From positions 1 to 20,118 of the forward strand of contig NZ_SNUY01000070.1 of the NCBI RefSeq assembly GCF_004376175.1: DNA of 20,118 nucleotides, given 5' to 3'. This DNA comes from Halalkalibacterium halodurans (GTDB lineage Bacteria > Bacillota > Bacilli > Bacillales > Bacillaceae_D). Of this stretch, positions 7,670 to 16,987 are shown piece after piece. The notes beneath the pieces are model-generated. The model saw only the letters and a list, made by a program, of their open reading frames with translations, was not told the DNA's origin and searched no databases. The position numbers were made by a program, and so were the translations under genes. Within the stretch, counting starts at the first letter, position 1. Each line of letters begins with the position of its first letter.

Positions 7670-7692
7670 ACGGTTGAGGTCATCTCAACCGT
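7670..7692 (+). terminator. Hairpin downstream of yqhL (ACGGTTGAG-GTCAT-CTCAACCGT)
   Basis: 9-bp perfect stem but a weak T tract, so it may only attenuate transcription. Confidence 0.4.
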
Positions 7693-7749
7693 CTTGCAAA
7701 ATTGGCCATTTAGCAGCAGATATAAATCTGAAATGCTCCCATTGCAAAA

Positions 7750-7775
7750 AAGACGAGGTAGATCATCCTCGTCTT
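7750..7775. terminator. Bidirectional terminator between yqhL and gcvPB
   Basis: AAGACGAGG-TAGATCAT-CCTCGTCTT, with A-run and T-run flanks on both strands. Starts 8 nt after the gcvPB stop. Confidence 0.8.
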
Positions 7776-7782
7776 TTCCCAT

Positions 7783-9249
7783 TTATTGTGTTATCTTTTC
7801 ATAGCGTAAAATTGGTTTTCGTGCAGCAGTCGTCTCATCAAGGCGGCCGATGACCGTATGATGTGGGGCTTCTTGCACGACTTCTGGCGTCTCCTCTGCT
7901 TCTTTGGCAATTTGGATCATCGCCTCGATAAATTCATCGAGGGCTTCTTTTGATTCTGTTTCCGTCGGCTCTATCATCAAACATTCTTCCACATTTAACG
8001 GGAAGTAAATCGTTGGTGGATGATAGCCAAAATCAAGGAGACGTTTTGCAATATCCAGCGTTCGAACACCAAGCTTCTTTTGTTGTCTTCCCGATAAGAC
8101 AAATTCATGCTTGCAGTGCTGATCGTACGGCAGATCGAAATAAGGTGCAAGTCTTCTCATCATATAGTTTGCGTTCAATACAGCATACTCTGAGACAGTC
8201 CGAAGTCCCTCTGGTCCCATCGTTCGAATGTACGTGTAGGCGCGAACGTTGATGCCAAAGTTGCCGTAGTACGGCTTCACACGGCCAATCGAGTGCGGTC
8301 GATCATAGTCCAATCGGTAGGAGTCTCCATCCTTAACCACAACTGGCTTCGGTAAATATGGAATGAGCTCCTTTTTCACGCCAACTGGGCCAGAGCCTGG
8401 TCCACCCCCACCATGAGGACCTGTAAACGTTTTGTGCAAATTTAAATGGACAACATCAAAGCCCATATCCCCAGGGCGAGCAATTCCTAAAATCGCATTT
8501 GAATTGGCTCCATCGTAGTAAAGCTTTCCTCCCGCTTCATGAATAATCGCAGCCATCTCCACGATATGAGCTTCAAATAGTCCAAGTGTGTTAGGGTTTG
8601 TTAACATCAAAGCAGCTATATCTTCACCAACCACTTCTCGCAAATGATCAAGATCGACTAATCCATCCTCGTCGGTACGAACCGTTACCGATTCAAAGCC
8701 TGCCACCGTTGCCGATGCAGGGTTTGTTCCATGGGCTGAATCAGGGACAATGACCTTTGTACGATTTGTATCTCCATTCGCTTCATGATACGCGCGAATT
8801 AACATTAAACCCGTCCATTCCCCTTGGGCACCCGCTGCCGGTTGAAGGGTGACTTCATCCATTCCTGTAATTTCAGCTAAAGCCGTTTGCAGTTCATACA
8901 TTAACCGCAACGCGCCTTGAACTTGTGCTTCAGGCTGGTAAGGATGGATGTTAGCAAATCCAGGATAACGAGCCACATCCTCGTTGATCTTCGGGTTGTA
9001 TTTCATCGTACAAGAGCCAAGTGGATAAAATCCCGAATCGACTCCATGATTTCGCTTCGAGAGGGCTGTGTAATGACGCATTAATTGCAATTCTGATACT
9101 TCAGGTAGCTCAGGTGCTTCTTCGCGTAAAAATTCAGCAGGGATGAGAGTTTCCACAGGTTGTTCTTGGACATCAAGTTCTGGTAAGCTGTGTCCGACTC
9201 GTCCCGGCTTGCTCAACTCAAAAATAAGCGCTTGGTCTTTATTCATCAT
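7783..9249 (-). CDS. gcvPB: Glycine dehydrogenase (aminomethyl-transferring) subunit 2, 488 aa
   Basis: Strong family similarity, including the PLP site context NLHKTF. Start overlaps the gcvPA stop (ATGA). Confidence 0.97.
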   Translation of the reverse strand: MMNKDQALIFELSKPGRVGHSLPELDVQEQPVETLIPAEFLREEAPELPEVSELQLMRHYTALSKRNHGVDSGFYPLGSCTMKYNPKINEDVARYPGFANIHPYQPEAQVQGALRLMYELQTALAEITGMDEVTLQPAAGAQGEWTGLMLIRAYHEANGDTNRTKVIVPDSAHGTNPASATVAGFESVTVRTDEDGLVDLDHLREVVGEDIAALMLTNPNTLGLFEAHIVEMAAIIHEAGGKLYYDGANSNAILGIARPGDMGFDVVHLNLHKTFTGPHGGGGPGSGPVGVKKELIPYLPKPVVVKDGDSYRLDYDRPHSIGRVKPYYGNFGINVRAYTYIRTMGPEGLRTVSEYAVLNANYMMRRLAPYFDLPYDQHCKHEFVLSGRQQKKLGVRTLDIAKRLLDFGYHPPTIYFPLNVEECLMIEPTETESKEALDEFIEAMIQIAKEAEETPEVVQEAPHHTVIGRLDETTAARKPILRYEKITQ

Positions 9250-10589
9250 GCGAACATCCCCACTTCTTTTGCAAATTGATCTATCTCCTCTTTTGTCCTT
9301 ACCTCTGTCACAGCGACGAGCATATGTCCCTCAAGCTCTGGATACACTTTCCCCAGGTCGTACCCTGCAATGAATCCTTTGGCAAGCAACGCTTCCTCCA
9401 CTTCATGAAGCGGACTGCTTAACTTAATGATAAATTCATTAAAGCAAGGTCCTTCTGCAACGATTTCTACACCATTGGCCTTAAGCTGGGATTTAGCGTA
9501 TGCCGCTTTTTGTACGTTTTGTAAGGCCATTTCCTTGACGCCACGTTTACCGATTGTGGCCATAGCAACCGCAGCGGCTAGGGCATTAAGGGCTTGGTTC
9601 GAACAAATATTAGATGTCGCTTTTTCACGCCGAATATGCTGCTCTCTCGCTTGTAGAGTAAGCACGAAGCCTCGCTGTCCCTGATCATCGGTCGTTTGCC
9701 CAACGAGCCGTCCAGGTACTTTTCTCATCAACTTTTTCGTAGTGGCAAAATATCCGCAGTGAGGGCCGCCATATTGTGTTGGAATTCCAAACGGTTGAGC
9801 ATCTCCAACGACCACATCAGCTCCGAAGGCCCCTGGTGGCTTCAATAACCCAAGAGCAAGAGGATTACTTGAAACGACAAACGTCGCCTTCCCTTGATGA
9901 CTAACTGATTCAATTTCCGCTAATGGTTCAAGTCGGCCGAAAAAGTTCGGGTGTTGCACGATCACACAAGCGGTTTCCTCATCATACAACGCTTTTAAAT
10001 GCTCTACATCCGTTACACCATCGTTCGTGTCGATCTCAACTACTTCTAGACGTTGTCCATAAGCATTCGTCTTTAATACATCGCGCGCCTCTGGATGGAC
10101 AGCTTTGGAAACAAGAATTTTTTTCTTTTTCGTATGTCCACAGCTCATCATTGCTGCTTCTGCCAATGCTGTCGGTCCGTCATACATGGATGAGTTAGCC
10201 ACTTCCATTCCGGTTAATTCACAAATCATCGTTTGAAATTCAAAGATGGCTTGTAACTCCCCTTGGGAAATTTCCGGCTGGTATGGAGTATATGCCGTAT
10301 AAAATTCAGAGCGTGAGATGACATGGTCGACAATTGATGGGATGTAATGGTCATACACTCCGGCACCTAAAAAAGAGGCTTTATCTTTTAAGTGTACATT
10401 TTCATTTGCTAACTGCTGAAAATAACGAATGAGCTCTGGCTCTTTTAACGCGTTCGGAATGTTCAGCTTCCCTTTGAAGCGAATATCTTGCGGGATATCG
10501 GAAAACAGTTCCTCAATTGAGTCGACACCGATTGCCTGTAGCATTTCCTGTCGATCGTCCGTTGTCATTGGTAAGTAACGATGATTCAT
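9246..10589 (-). CDS. gcvPA: Glycine dehydrogenase (aminomethyl-transferring) subunit 1, 447 aa
   Basis: Family similarity and operon position. RBS AAGGAGGA. Confidence 0.97.
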   Translation of the reverse strand: MNHRYLPMTTDDRQEMLQAIGVDSIEELFSDIPQDIRFKGKLNIPNALKEPELIRYFQQLANENVHLKDKASFLGAGVYDHYIPSIVDHVISRSEFYTAYTPYQPEISQGELQAIFEFQTMICELTGMEVANSSMYDGPTALAEAAMMSCGHTKKKKILVSKAVHPEARDVLKTNAYGQRLEVVEIDTNDGVTDVEHLKALYDEETACVIVQHPNFFGRLEPLAEIESVSHQGKATFVVSSNPLALGLLKPPGAFGADVVVGDAQPFGIPTQYGGPHCGYFATTKKLMRKVPGRLVGQTTDDQGQRGFVLTLQAREQHIRREKATSNICSNQALNALAAAVAMATIGKRGVKEMALQNVQKAAYAKSQLKANGVEIVAEGPCFNEFIIKLSSPLHEVEEALLAKGFIAGYDLGKVYPELEGHMLVAVTEVRTKEEIDQFAKEVGMFA

Positions 10590-10601
10590 CGATGTTCCTC
10601 C

Positions 10602-11699
10602 TTAGTTTCCTCTTTTATAAAATGGGGTGGCGACAACCTTTGCTTTTAACTGTCTCTTGCGTACGTGAACGATGACTTCAGTACCTAGCTCACTATGCTC
10701 AGCTTGCAGCAAGGCCAGCCCCACATTTTTTTTCAACGTTGGTGATTGTGTGCCTGTTGTCACAAAGCCAATCTTCTGATTATCCACATAAACCTCATAG
10801 CCCGTACGCGGGATTCCTTTATCAACCATTTCAAGTCCAACGAGTTTCCGGGGAGCCCCTTGCTCCTTTTGTTTTTTTAGGATCTCTTTTCCGATAAAAT
10901 CTTCTTTATCGACTTTAACTGCAAAACCAATACCCGCTTCAATTGGCGAAATATCCTTCGTCAACTCCTGGCCGTATAAAGGTAATTTGGCTTCAAAACG
11001 AAGGGTATCTCTCGCTCCCAGGCCACAAGGAACGACCCCATGTTCTTTCCCTGCTTCAATTAGTCTTTTCCATAGGACAGGCGCATCTTCAGCTAAGCAA
11101 TAAAGTTCAAAACCATCCTCACCTGTATAGCCAGTTCGCGAAAGAAGAACATTCACACCTGCAATGTTGACGCCATCGACAAATCGAAAAAATTTAATGT
11201 CTGCTAGAGGTTCTTCGGTGAGTGTTTGCAATACATTCTCAGCAACCGGCCCTTGTAGAGCAAGCTGTGCCGTTTGATTTGATACGTTGGTAATCGAAAC
11301 GCCGTCGATCGCATGCTTCTCCATCCATGCTATGTCTTTGTCAATGTTGGCCGCGTTTATAACAAGAAGGTACTGATCTTCGCTCCGCCGATAAATGAGC
11401 AAGTCATCGACAGTTCCTCCATTTTCATAACACATCGCTGTATATTGTGCCTGACCGTCTTTGATTTTTGACACATCGTTTGTTACTAAGCGCTGCAAGT
11501 AGTTAAGAGCCTGGGCACCTGTCACCTCTACTTCACCCATATGAGATACGTCAAACAGTCCTGCTTTTGTTCGAACTGCTTCATGCTCTTCTTTGATGCT
11601 TGAAAACTGAACTGGTAAAGCCCAGCCGCCAAAGTCAATGACCTTACCGCCATACTGTTCGTAAAGGTCAAATAATGGTGTTTTCTTTAATTCTGTCAT
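10602..11699 (-). CDS. gcvT: Aminomethyltransferase (glycine cleavage T protein), 365 aa
   Basis: Family similarity (TPLFDLY..., [19 protein letters not shown]). RBS GGAGGG. A glycine riboswitch lies upstream. Confidence 0.97.
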   Translation of the reverse strand: MTELKKTPLFDLYEQYGGKVIDFGGWALPVQFSSIKEEHEAVRTKAGLFDVSHMGEVEVTGAQALNYLQRLVTNDVSKIKDGQAQYTAMCYENGGTVDDLLIYRRSEDQYLLVINAANIDKDIAWMEKHAIDGVSITNVSNQTAQLALQGPVAENVLQTLTEEPLADIKFFRFVDGVNIAGVNVLLSRTGYTGEDGFELYCLAEDAPVLWKRLIEAGKEHGVVPCGLGARDTLRFEAKLPLYGQELTKDISPIEAGIGFAVKVDKEDFIGKEILKKQKEQGAPRKLVGLEMVDKGIPRTGYEVYVDNQKIGFVTTGTQSPTLKKNVGLALLQAEHSELGTEVIVHVRKRQLKAKVVATPFYKRGN

Positions 11700-11890
11700 A
11701 CCCTTCCCTCCTATAGTTGATCGTCTTAATCGTTTACATCACCTTTCAGCATTCTCTCCGCTGTCAGAATGAAAAAAGAACGTTAAACATTCAGACAACT
11801 TATTAAAATCTCGTTTTTACGCGAGCCGGTGAACCAATAGAAAAACGCTCCCCTTCCAATCTAAAAATTAGTCAATTTTTTACATATAAC

Positions 11891-11937
11891 CAAAAAAGGA
11901 CAGAGCTTTACACAGTAAGTTGTGTAAAGCTCTGTCC
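11891..11937 (-). terminator. Riboswitch-controlled intrinsic terminator
   Basis: GGACAGAGCTTTACACA-ACTTAC-TGTGTAAAGCTCTGTCC followed by TTTTTT. Its 5' arm overlaps the closing helix of aptamer 2. Confidence 0.85.
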
Positions 11938-12115
11938 GGTTACCAGAAAGTTTCTTTCCCCTTATCGTAAAAAGGAAATGTCTTCGTAGGTGGTCTAGTG
12001 TTAGACGCTCTCCAGAGCTGCGTCGAGCAAGAGTCTTTTTGCCTGAGAGATTCACACCTAATTGTGTTTGCTCCTTCGGCGCTGCATCCTTGCAGTCTCT
12101 CCCCTTGCTTTCATC
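11891..12115 (-). promoter_or_regulatory. Tandem glycine riboswitch (two aptamers plus terminator expression platform)
   Basis: On the minus strand, aptamer 1 reads AAGGGGAGAG...GCGCCGAAGGAGCAA...TCTCTCAGGCAAAAAGAC. Aptamer 2 reads CTCTGGAGAG...CACC...AAGGGGAAAG...CTTTCTGGTAACCGGACAGAG. Collinear with the remembered B. subtilis gcvT leader. Confidence 0.9.
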
Positions 12116-12256
12116 CGCTTTTTATCAATCTGTTTCATGAAAACAGAAAAGTTGTCCATACTATATACATAGTAATGTGTTTCATGTATTACATACGTTT
12201 ATCCTACCAAGTAGATTTCGCTTGCGCAACTCTTTTTGTGGAAAGGATGAAAGCCA

Positions 12257-13957
12257 ATGGATATCCAAATCCAATATTCAACGGACTGGAAGGAGGAATT
12301 TCTGAAACGTCTCGAAGATGGTGGCCCTTGGTCTAATTGGGAAATGGGCAAGCTTGCCTATGAGGCAGCCAACTATCAAGTGATCCCAGAATTTCATGGT
12401 CTTCAAGCACCAAAGCACCTTCCTCAGCTTCAACCATTTCCACATCAAATTGAGGTCGCACAGACGGTCATTGAGCAAATGAATGGGAAAGCAATCTTAG
12501 CGGATGAAGTCGGTCTCGGAAAAACGATTGAGGCAGGTCTCATTTTGAAAGAATATATGATTCGCGGCTTAGCAAAAAAGGTGCTAATTCTCGTTCCAGC
12601 CTCTCTTGTCTCCCAATGGGCGTATGAACTGTCTAGCAAGTTCTACATCCCAGCTATTCCGCAAAAAAAAGCCTATGTCTGGGAGCAATATGATGTGGTC
12701 GTTGCCTCGATTGATACAGCTAAAAGGCAGCCTCATCGAGACATCGTGTTAAATCAGCACTATGATCTCGTGATCATCGATGAGGCACACAAGCTTAAAA
12801 ATCCAAAAACGAAAAATTACGCCTTTATCAAATCATTGAAGCGAAAATATTGCTTGCTATTAACCGCCACTCCTGTACAAAACAAATTAGAGGAAATTTT
12901 CAACCTTGTCTCCTTGCTAAAACCAGGACATTTGGGAGATTTGGAAAGCTTTGAAAAGGAGTATCGCGCCAACAAGCGTGCACCGAAAAACGAAGACAAA
13001 CTAAAAGAGCTTGTCAATAAAGTGATGGTTCGAAATCGCCGAGAAGAAACAGGAATCGAATGGACAAAGCGGATTGTTCAGACGGTACCAATTACGTTTA
13101 GTGAAGGAGAGCGGGCCTTTTATCACGCGATTACTAAGCTCAAACAGCAGCCAGACGTCATGACGAATTCCTTTTCTCTGTTAACGTTACAACGAGAGAT
13201 TTGCAGTAGTCGAGAAGCAGCATTCATGACCTTGAAAAATATGATTACAAAATTAGAGCAAGAAGGCCGAACAAGCCCGATCCTTGAGTCGCTGATCGAA
13301 CAAGTAGGAACGATTGAAGGACATGCAAAAGCAGAGAAAGCACTTGAGCTCATTCAACAAATTAATGACAAAGTCATTATTTTTACAGAATACAGGGCAA
13401 CTCAGCTCTACCTCCAATGGTATTTAAAGCAGCACGGTATTTCTTCTGTACCGTTTCGCGGTGGATTTAAACGAGGGAAAAAAGACTGGATGCGCCAACT
13501 CTTTGAAAACAGAGCGCAAGTGTTAATTGCAACAGAGGCCGGAGGAGAAGGGATTAATTTGCAGTTTTGCCATCACATCATTAACTATGATTTACCATGG
13601 AATCCGATGAGAATTGAGCAACGGATTGGCCGGATTCATCGTCTCGGTCAGACAGAGGATGTCCGTATTTACAATTTTGCTGTAAAGGATACGATTGAAG
13701 AACAAATCTTAACGCTACTCTATGAAAAGATTCAGTTGTTTGAGCGTGTCGTTGGGGAATTAGACGACATTTTAACCAAAATGAACGTGGGTTCGATCGA
13801 GGAGCATATTCGTGACATCTTTGTCCATTCTGATTCAGAAGGTGAGATGAAAATAAAGCTAGACCATTTATCAGCGATCATGAATGACGTCGCCAATGAA
13901 AAGGAGGAGGATCATGCAACAGGAGCAACTGCATCAGTTTCTGACGCGTTACTTTGA
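12257..13957 (+). CDS. yqhH: SNF2/Swi2-family DEAD-like helicase (YqhH-like), 566 aa
   Basis: Helicase motifs are present: I DEVGLGKT, II IIDEAH, III LLLTATPVQN, V ATEAGGEGINLQ, VI QRIGRIHRLGQ. Same position next to the gcvT leader as in B. subtilis. Confidence 0.9.
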   Translation: MDIQIQYSTDWKEEFLKRLEDGGPWSNWEMGKLAYEAANYQVIPEFHGLQAPKHLPQLQPFPHQIEVAQTVIEQMNGKAILADEVGLGKTIEAGLILKEYMIRGLAKKVLILVPASLVSQWAYELSSKFYIPAIPQKKAYVWEQYDVVVASIDTAKRQPHRDIVLNQHYDLVIIDEAHKLKNPKTKNYAFIKSLKRKYCLLLTATPVQNKLEEIFNLVSLLKPGHLGDLESFEKEYRANKRAPKNEDKLKELVNKVMVRNRREETGIEWTKRIVQTVPITFSEGERAFYHAITKLKQQPDVMTNSFSLLTLQREICSSREAAFMTLKNMITKLEQEGRTSPILESLIEQVGTIEGHAKAEKALELIQQINDKVIIFTEYRATQLYLQWYLKQHGISSVPFRGGFKRGKKDWMRQLFENRAQVLIATEAGGEGINLQFCHHIINYDLPWNPMRIEQRIGRIHRLGQTEDVRIYNFAVKDTIEEQILTLLYEKIQLFERVVGELDDILTKMNVGSIEEHIRDIFVHSDSEGEMKIKLDHLSAIMNDVANEKEEDHATGATASVSDALL

Positions 13958-14714
13958 AGCAAATGACAGTCCACTTATCGACTCAAGTCCCTACCATCTC
14001 ACCGCTCAATTGTCGATTGATATGGATAAGCGGTTAATGAATCGGCCTTTCTACTGGCACTATCTAGAGAAAACGGGAGGAATCCCACAACCGATGCAAA
14101 TGACCCTCGTCACCGATCCGGAAAAAGCGCCAAACGACCTGAAAGGGGAGGCGATTCATTTTGGCGCTCCCCGATTGCATCAAATCTTTCAATCAACAAG
14201 GGAATTAGGAGGGTTTCTACACCTATATGAGAACGTTCCAACAACGGGGCAACGTTCTGTTCCTCTCCACCCATGGCTTTGTATAAATGCAAAGATTTCG
14301 TATCAATGTGATCGAAAAAAAGACGTTTTTCTTTCCCTTGGCTTAAATTTAATCCATGGTCAGATCGTTCAATCTTTTTTTCCAAAGCTAGAGTCCACAT
14401 CCTTTTCCTATAAAACGCCGGATTATTGTTTTACCTTGTCTCCTCTTATTACACCACAAAGCGGGTTTATCCGCTTGGAAAAAATGATCGAAACCTATGC
14501 ACGGAATGAGGGAAGTGAATGGGCTGAGCAAGCCAATAGACGCTGGCAAGAGGACTTACACCTTCTTGAGCAGTTTTATGAACATGTGGACGATAAACCA
14601 GAAAGCTATGAAGTAGAAAAAGCCTCTCTTCGTGGACTGTATGAACCACGAATTGTCATTGATGTCGTAAATGGCGGCCTCTTTTATCTACACCAACAAG
14701 TGTTTACACCATAG
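13914..14714 (+). CDS. yqhG: YqhG-family protein of unknown function, 266 aa
   Basis: Start set at the ATG at 13914, behind the strong RBS AAGGAGGAGG (the tracked ORF begins at 13884). Overlaps the yqhH 3' end by 44 nt. Size and position match B. subtilis YqhG. Confidence 0.8.
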   Translation: MQQEQLHQFLTRYFEANDSPLIDSSPYHLTAQLSIDMDKRLMNRPFYWHYLEKTGGIPQPMQMTLVTDPEKAPNDLKGEAIHFGAPRLHQIFQSTRELGGFLHLYENVPTTGQRSVPLHPWLCINAKISYQCDRKKDVFLSLGLNLIHGQIVQSFFPKLESTSFSYKTPDYCFTLSPLITPQSGFIRLEKMIETYARNEGSEWAEQANRRWQEDLHLLEQFYEHVDDKPESYEVEKASLRGLYEPRIVIDVVNGGLFYLHQQVFTP

Positions 14715-14715
14715 G

Positions 14716-14750
14716 AAAAGGCGGCTCTCACCTTGAGAACCGCCTTTTCT
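14716..14750. terminator. Bidirectional terminator between yqhG and the small membrane protein gene
   Basis: AAAAGGCGGCTCTC-ACCTT-GAGAACCGCCTTTT (one mismatch), with T tracts on both strands. Confidence 0.8.
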
Positions 14751-14755
14751 GACCA

Positions 14756-14944
14756 TTACATTGGAATCCCTTGAGTTCCTCCGCTTGAAATGTAGGTGAC
14801 GATGGTTGCGATCGAAAACCAACCAAATACCGCCATTGAGATTGCGGCAAACCCAACAGCAAAAAGGTTTTTCCGACGCAATTCACGAACAACGGCTAGC
14901 CCACAAAGAATGGCTACGAGCAACATTGTAACCGCTACAAACAT
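14756..14944 (-). CDS. Small two-TM membrane protein (YqgW-like), 62 aa
   Basis: Two hydrophobic helices. Strong RBS AAGGGGGAG 5 nt upstream. The family assignment rests on size, topology and neighbourhood only. Confidence 0.6.
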   Translation of the reverse strand: MFVAVTMLLVAILCGLAVVRELRRKNLFAVGFAAISMAVFGWFSIATIVTYISSGGTQGIPM

Positions 14945-15145
14945 GGTGTCTCCCCCTTTTCGTATGTAAAAATGACCGATGGAAACAATAAGTTCATCAT
15001 TATTATAAACATCTTTCGATCCATTAACAGCTTGAAATTATGACAGAGCTGTAAACAATCCCAAGCTGCACTTATAGCTTTCGCATACATTGTCCATTTT
15101 AAACGTTTTCTTCTCATTTGTCGAGTTCCTCTAGCCCTCTCTCTT

Positions 15146-15175
15146 TTGAAAAAAGAGAGGAAACCAAGGTACAAT
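15146..15175 (+). promoter_or_regulatory. Candidate sigma-A promoter of the MBL-fold gene (-35 TTGAAA, 18-nt spacer, -10 TACAAT)
   Basis: Hexamers read directly, about 35 nt upstream of the ATG at 15209. Confidence 0.4.
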
Positions 15176-15208
15176 ACAGACATACGTAAATCTTTTGGAG
15201 GCGATACG

Positions 15209-15844
15209 ATGAGTTGGTTTCAGCTACCGTTAGGTCCACTACAAACCAATTGCTACATTCATACAAACGACCAAGGAGAAGGAATTATTTTTGATCCGGG
15301 CGGTGAAGGTGAAAAATTAATCACTTGGTTACGGGACAGACAAATTACCCCGCTCGCCATTTTATTAACCCATGCCCATTTTGATCACATCGGAGCAGTG
15401 GAGGACGTGCGTAATACATTTCATATCCCAGTTTACATACATGAAAATGAAAAAGAGTGGCTCATAGATCCTCAACGAAATGGCTCTAGTCTGTTTATTC
15501 CTGGTTCATCAATTAAAGCTCGAGAAGCAGAACACCTCATAACCGGAGAACAAGATTTATCGATTGGTTCATTTTCCTATCAAGTGTTGGAAACACCTGG
15601 ACATTCCCCAGGGAGCCTTTCGTATTATGCAAAAGAAGATAAAATCGTGTTTTCTGGTGACGCCCTCTTTGCAGGCAGCATCGGACGAACCGATTTACCT
15701 GGCGGGGATCATCAACTCTTATTAGACAGCATCCATGACAAGCTTCTTGAGTTACCTGAAGATACGACCGTCGCTTCAGGACACGGTCCAACGACAACGA
15801 TCGGCCACGAGATGGACGGCAACCCATTTTTATCAGGCTTTTAA
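15209..15844 (+). CDS. yqgX: MBL-fold metallo-hydrolase (YqgX-like, glyoxalase II-type), 211 aa
   Basis: THAHFDHIG (HxHxDH) metal motif and downstream H/D ligands (TPGHSPGS, SGDALF, GHG). Start moved to the ATG at 15209, behind the GGAGG RBS. Confidence 0.85.
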   Translation: MSWFQLPLGPLQTNCYIHTNDQGEGIIFDPGGEGEKLITWLRDRQITPLAILLTHAHFDHIGAVEDVRNTFHIPVYIHENEKEWLIDPQRNGSSLFIPGSSIKAREAEHLITGEQDLSIGSFSYQVLETPGHSPGSLSYYAKEDKIVFSGDALFAGSIGRTDLPGGDHQLLLDSIHDKLLELPEDTTVASGHGPTTTIGHEMDGNPFLSGF

Positions 15845-15888
15845 ATATGTAGATCCTATCGTTACGAGTTCCCTGATGCAAAAAGAAA

Positions 15889-15918
15889 GAGGTTATTCCA
15901 TTGCTTCGGAATAACCTC
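15889..15918. terminator. Hairpin terminator between the convergent yqgX and yqgY-like genes
   Basis: GAGGTTATTCC-ATTGCTTC-GGAATAACCTC. The T-rich tract is better on the minus strand. Confidence 0.7.
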
Positions 15919-15926
15919 ACACTCTT

Positions 15927-16172
15927 TTAATGACCCCCGAAGCTCGGTACGAGCAAGAAAGTCGAATAGTACGTAAACCCGATAAAGAAAACCGTTAAGT
16001 ATGCACCAAAGATGTACATGTATACCCGTTCCGATAAGTTAAGGTAACTTAACGCAATAAAGGCACCTGTTTTGGCAAAGAATAGCAGAGCCACATTATA
16101 CATGTCACCAACGTAAAATAAGACAGCCATTATTCCTGTCCAAAATGCCATGACACGATACATTCGCTCCAT
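15927..16172 (-). CDS. Small multi-TM membrane protein (YqgY-like), 81 aa
   Basis: Start set at the ATG at 16172, behind the RBS AAGGAGGGA (the tracked ORF begins at 16211). Hydrophobic throughout. Size matches the 81-aa YqgY. Confidence 0.6.
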   Translation of the reverse strand: MERMYRVMAFWTGIMAVLFYVGDMYNVALLFFAKTGAFIALSYLNLSERVYMYIFGAYLTVFFIGFTYYSTFLLVPSFGGH

Positions 16173-16254
16173 GTCGTCTCCCTCCTTCACATCAAAAGCT
16201 GTCGATTCCATTCCCTACGCATAGTTAAGCATTTACACAATAGAGTACAGGTCT

Positions 16255-16284
16255 ATTATATCGGAAACAAGGATCAAATGTAAA
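16255..16284 (-). promoter_or_regulatory. Candidate sigma-A promoter of the yqgY-like gene (-35 TTTACA, 18-nt spacer, -10 TATAAT)
   Basis: Hexamers read on the minus strand. Confidence 0.4.
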
Positions 16285-16323
16285 TGCCACTTTCCTTGTC
16301 AAAACTGTGTCCTCTCCTTAAGG

Positions 16324-16530
16324 CTATTTTGAACGCTGAAGTCTTGCACGAATCTTTGAGTTTTTCCAAGCAATCGACATGGCCACAGGGATGCTTCCAA
16401 AAGCATGATAAGACAATGGTGGCCTGTATTCCTTTTTTTCCAACTGCTTTGCCTTACGCTCCTCTTTTGATTCATGCATCCTCATCACGAGCTGCTGGGT
16501 AATAAACTTTACTAAATCCTGAAAAGACAT
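16324..16530 (-). CDS. yqzE: YqzE-like small protein, 68 aa
   Basis: Start set at the ATG at 16530, behind the RBS AAAGGAG with a 7-nt spacer. Lies immediately downstream of comGG as in B. subtilis. Charged N-terminal half followed by a short hydrophobic stretch (SIPVAMSIAW) and a basic C-terminal tail. Confidence 0.6.
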   Translation of the reverse strand: MSFQDLVKFITQQLVMRMHESKEERKAKQLEKKEYRPPLSYHAFGSIPVAMSIAWKNSKIRARLQRSK

Positions 16531-16603
16531 AAGTAAGCTCCTTTCTCTCAGCAAAGCCGTCTCTCACAATCATTATTCCCGCATTCAAAAAATTTAACCT
16601 TTG

Positions 16604-16987
16604 TTATGGATTCACTTCCCGATAGTCCCGGAGAGTTCCTTTAGCTAAATCGATTGACACAACGACTGACTTACGCTGACCTGATCCAAGCTCTGCTGTT
16701 ATTTGTATGGTTGCTGTTGTATCCGTTGACGAACGGACCTGATACGCAACAACATCTTGACCAAATCGTAGCACTGCATTTTCCAAGCCACCGTTCTCCT
16801 CTGTTAAAAGTGTTTTCATTCCGACTTGAATGAGCGAATCTAATTGCATGACGTATTCCTGTTGCTGAACGATCCTTTTTTCCATTAACAAAGATTCACA
16901 CCAATAGAGAGAAGCTGCAGCCAAAAGCATCAAGAGGCATAACATGAGCGGTAAGGCAAACCCGTTTTGATTATGAAGTTTTTTCAC
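16604..16987 (-). CDS. comGG: Competence pseudopilus protein ComGG, 127 aa
   Basis: Last gene of the comG series. Has an N-terminal hydrophobic anchor. Start overlaps the comGF stop. Confidence 0.75.
   Translation of the reverse strand: MKKLHNQNGFALPLMLCLLMLLAAASLYWCESLLMEKRIVQQQEYVMQLDSLIQVGMKTLLTEENGGLENAVLRFGQDVVAYQVRSSTDTTATIQITAELGSGQRKSVVVSIDLAKGTLRDYREVNP

Noticed and set aside
7622-7853. Two small plus-strand ORFs in the yqhL-gcvPB intergenic region and the gcvPB 3' end
   Set aside because: They span two terminator hairpins and run antisense into gcvPB. No RBS.
7950-11170. Plus-strand ORFs inside gcvPB, gcvPA and gcvT (7950..8252, 9143..9373, 9427..9684, 9923..10198, 10943..11170)
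   Set aside because: Antisense shadow ORFs within highly conserved genes.
11800-11860. Possible third glycine aptamer (GGAAGGGGAGCG...CACCGG)
   Set aside because: It lacks the AAGGGGCAA core and the closing CTCAGG...GGAC elements. The resemblance is only a few nucleotides.
11861-12336. ORFs 11861..12055 (-) and 11998..12336 (+)
   Set aside because: They overlap the glycine riboswitch and the divergent promoter region. No RBS, and the RNA element explains the conservation.
12278-14649. Minus-strand ORFs inside yqhH and yqhG (12278..12478, 12445..12639, 12817..13017, 13123..13353, 14110..14400, 14467..14649)
   Set aside because: Antisense shadow ORFs.
14935-15183. 82-aa minus-strand ORF between the yqgW-like and yqgX genes
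   Set aside because: No RBS. It overlaps the yqgX promoter and the start codon of the neighbouring gene, and has an odd basic composition.
15537-16502. ORFs 15537..15920 (-) and 16284..16502 (+)
   Set aside because: Antisense to yqgX and yqzE respectively, with no translation signals.
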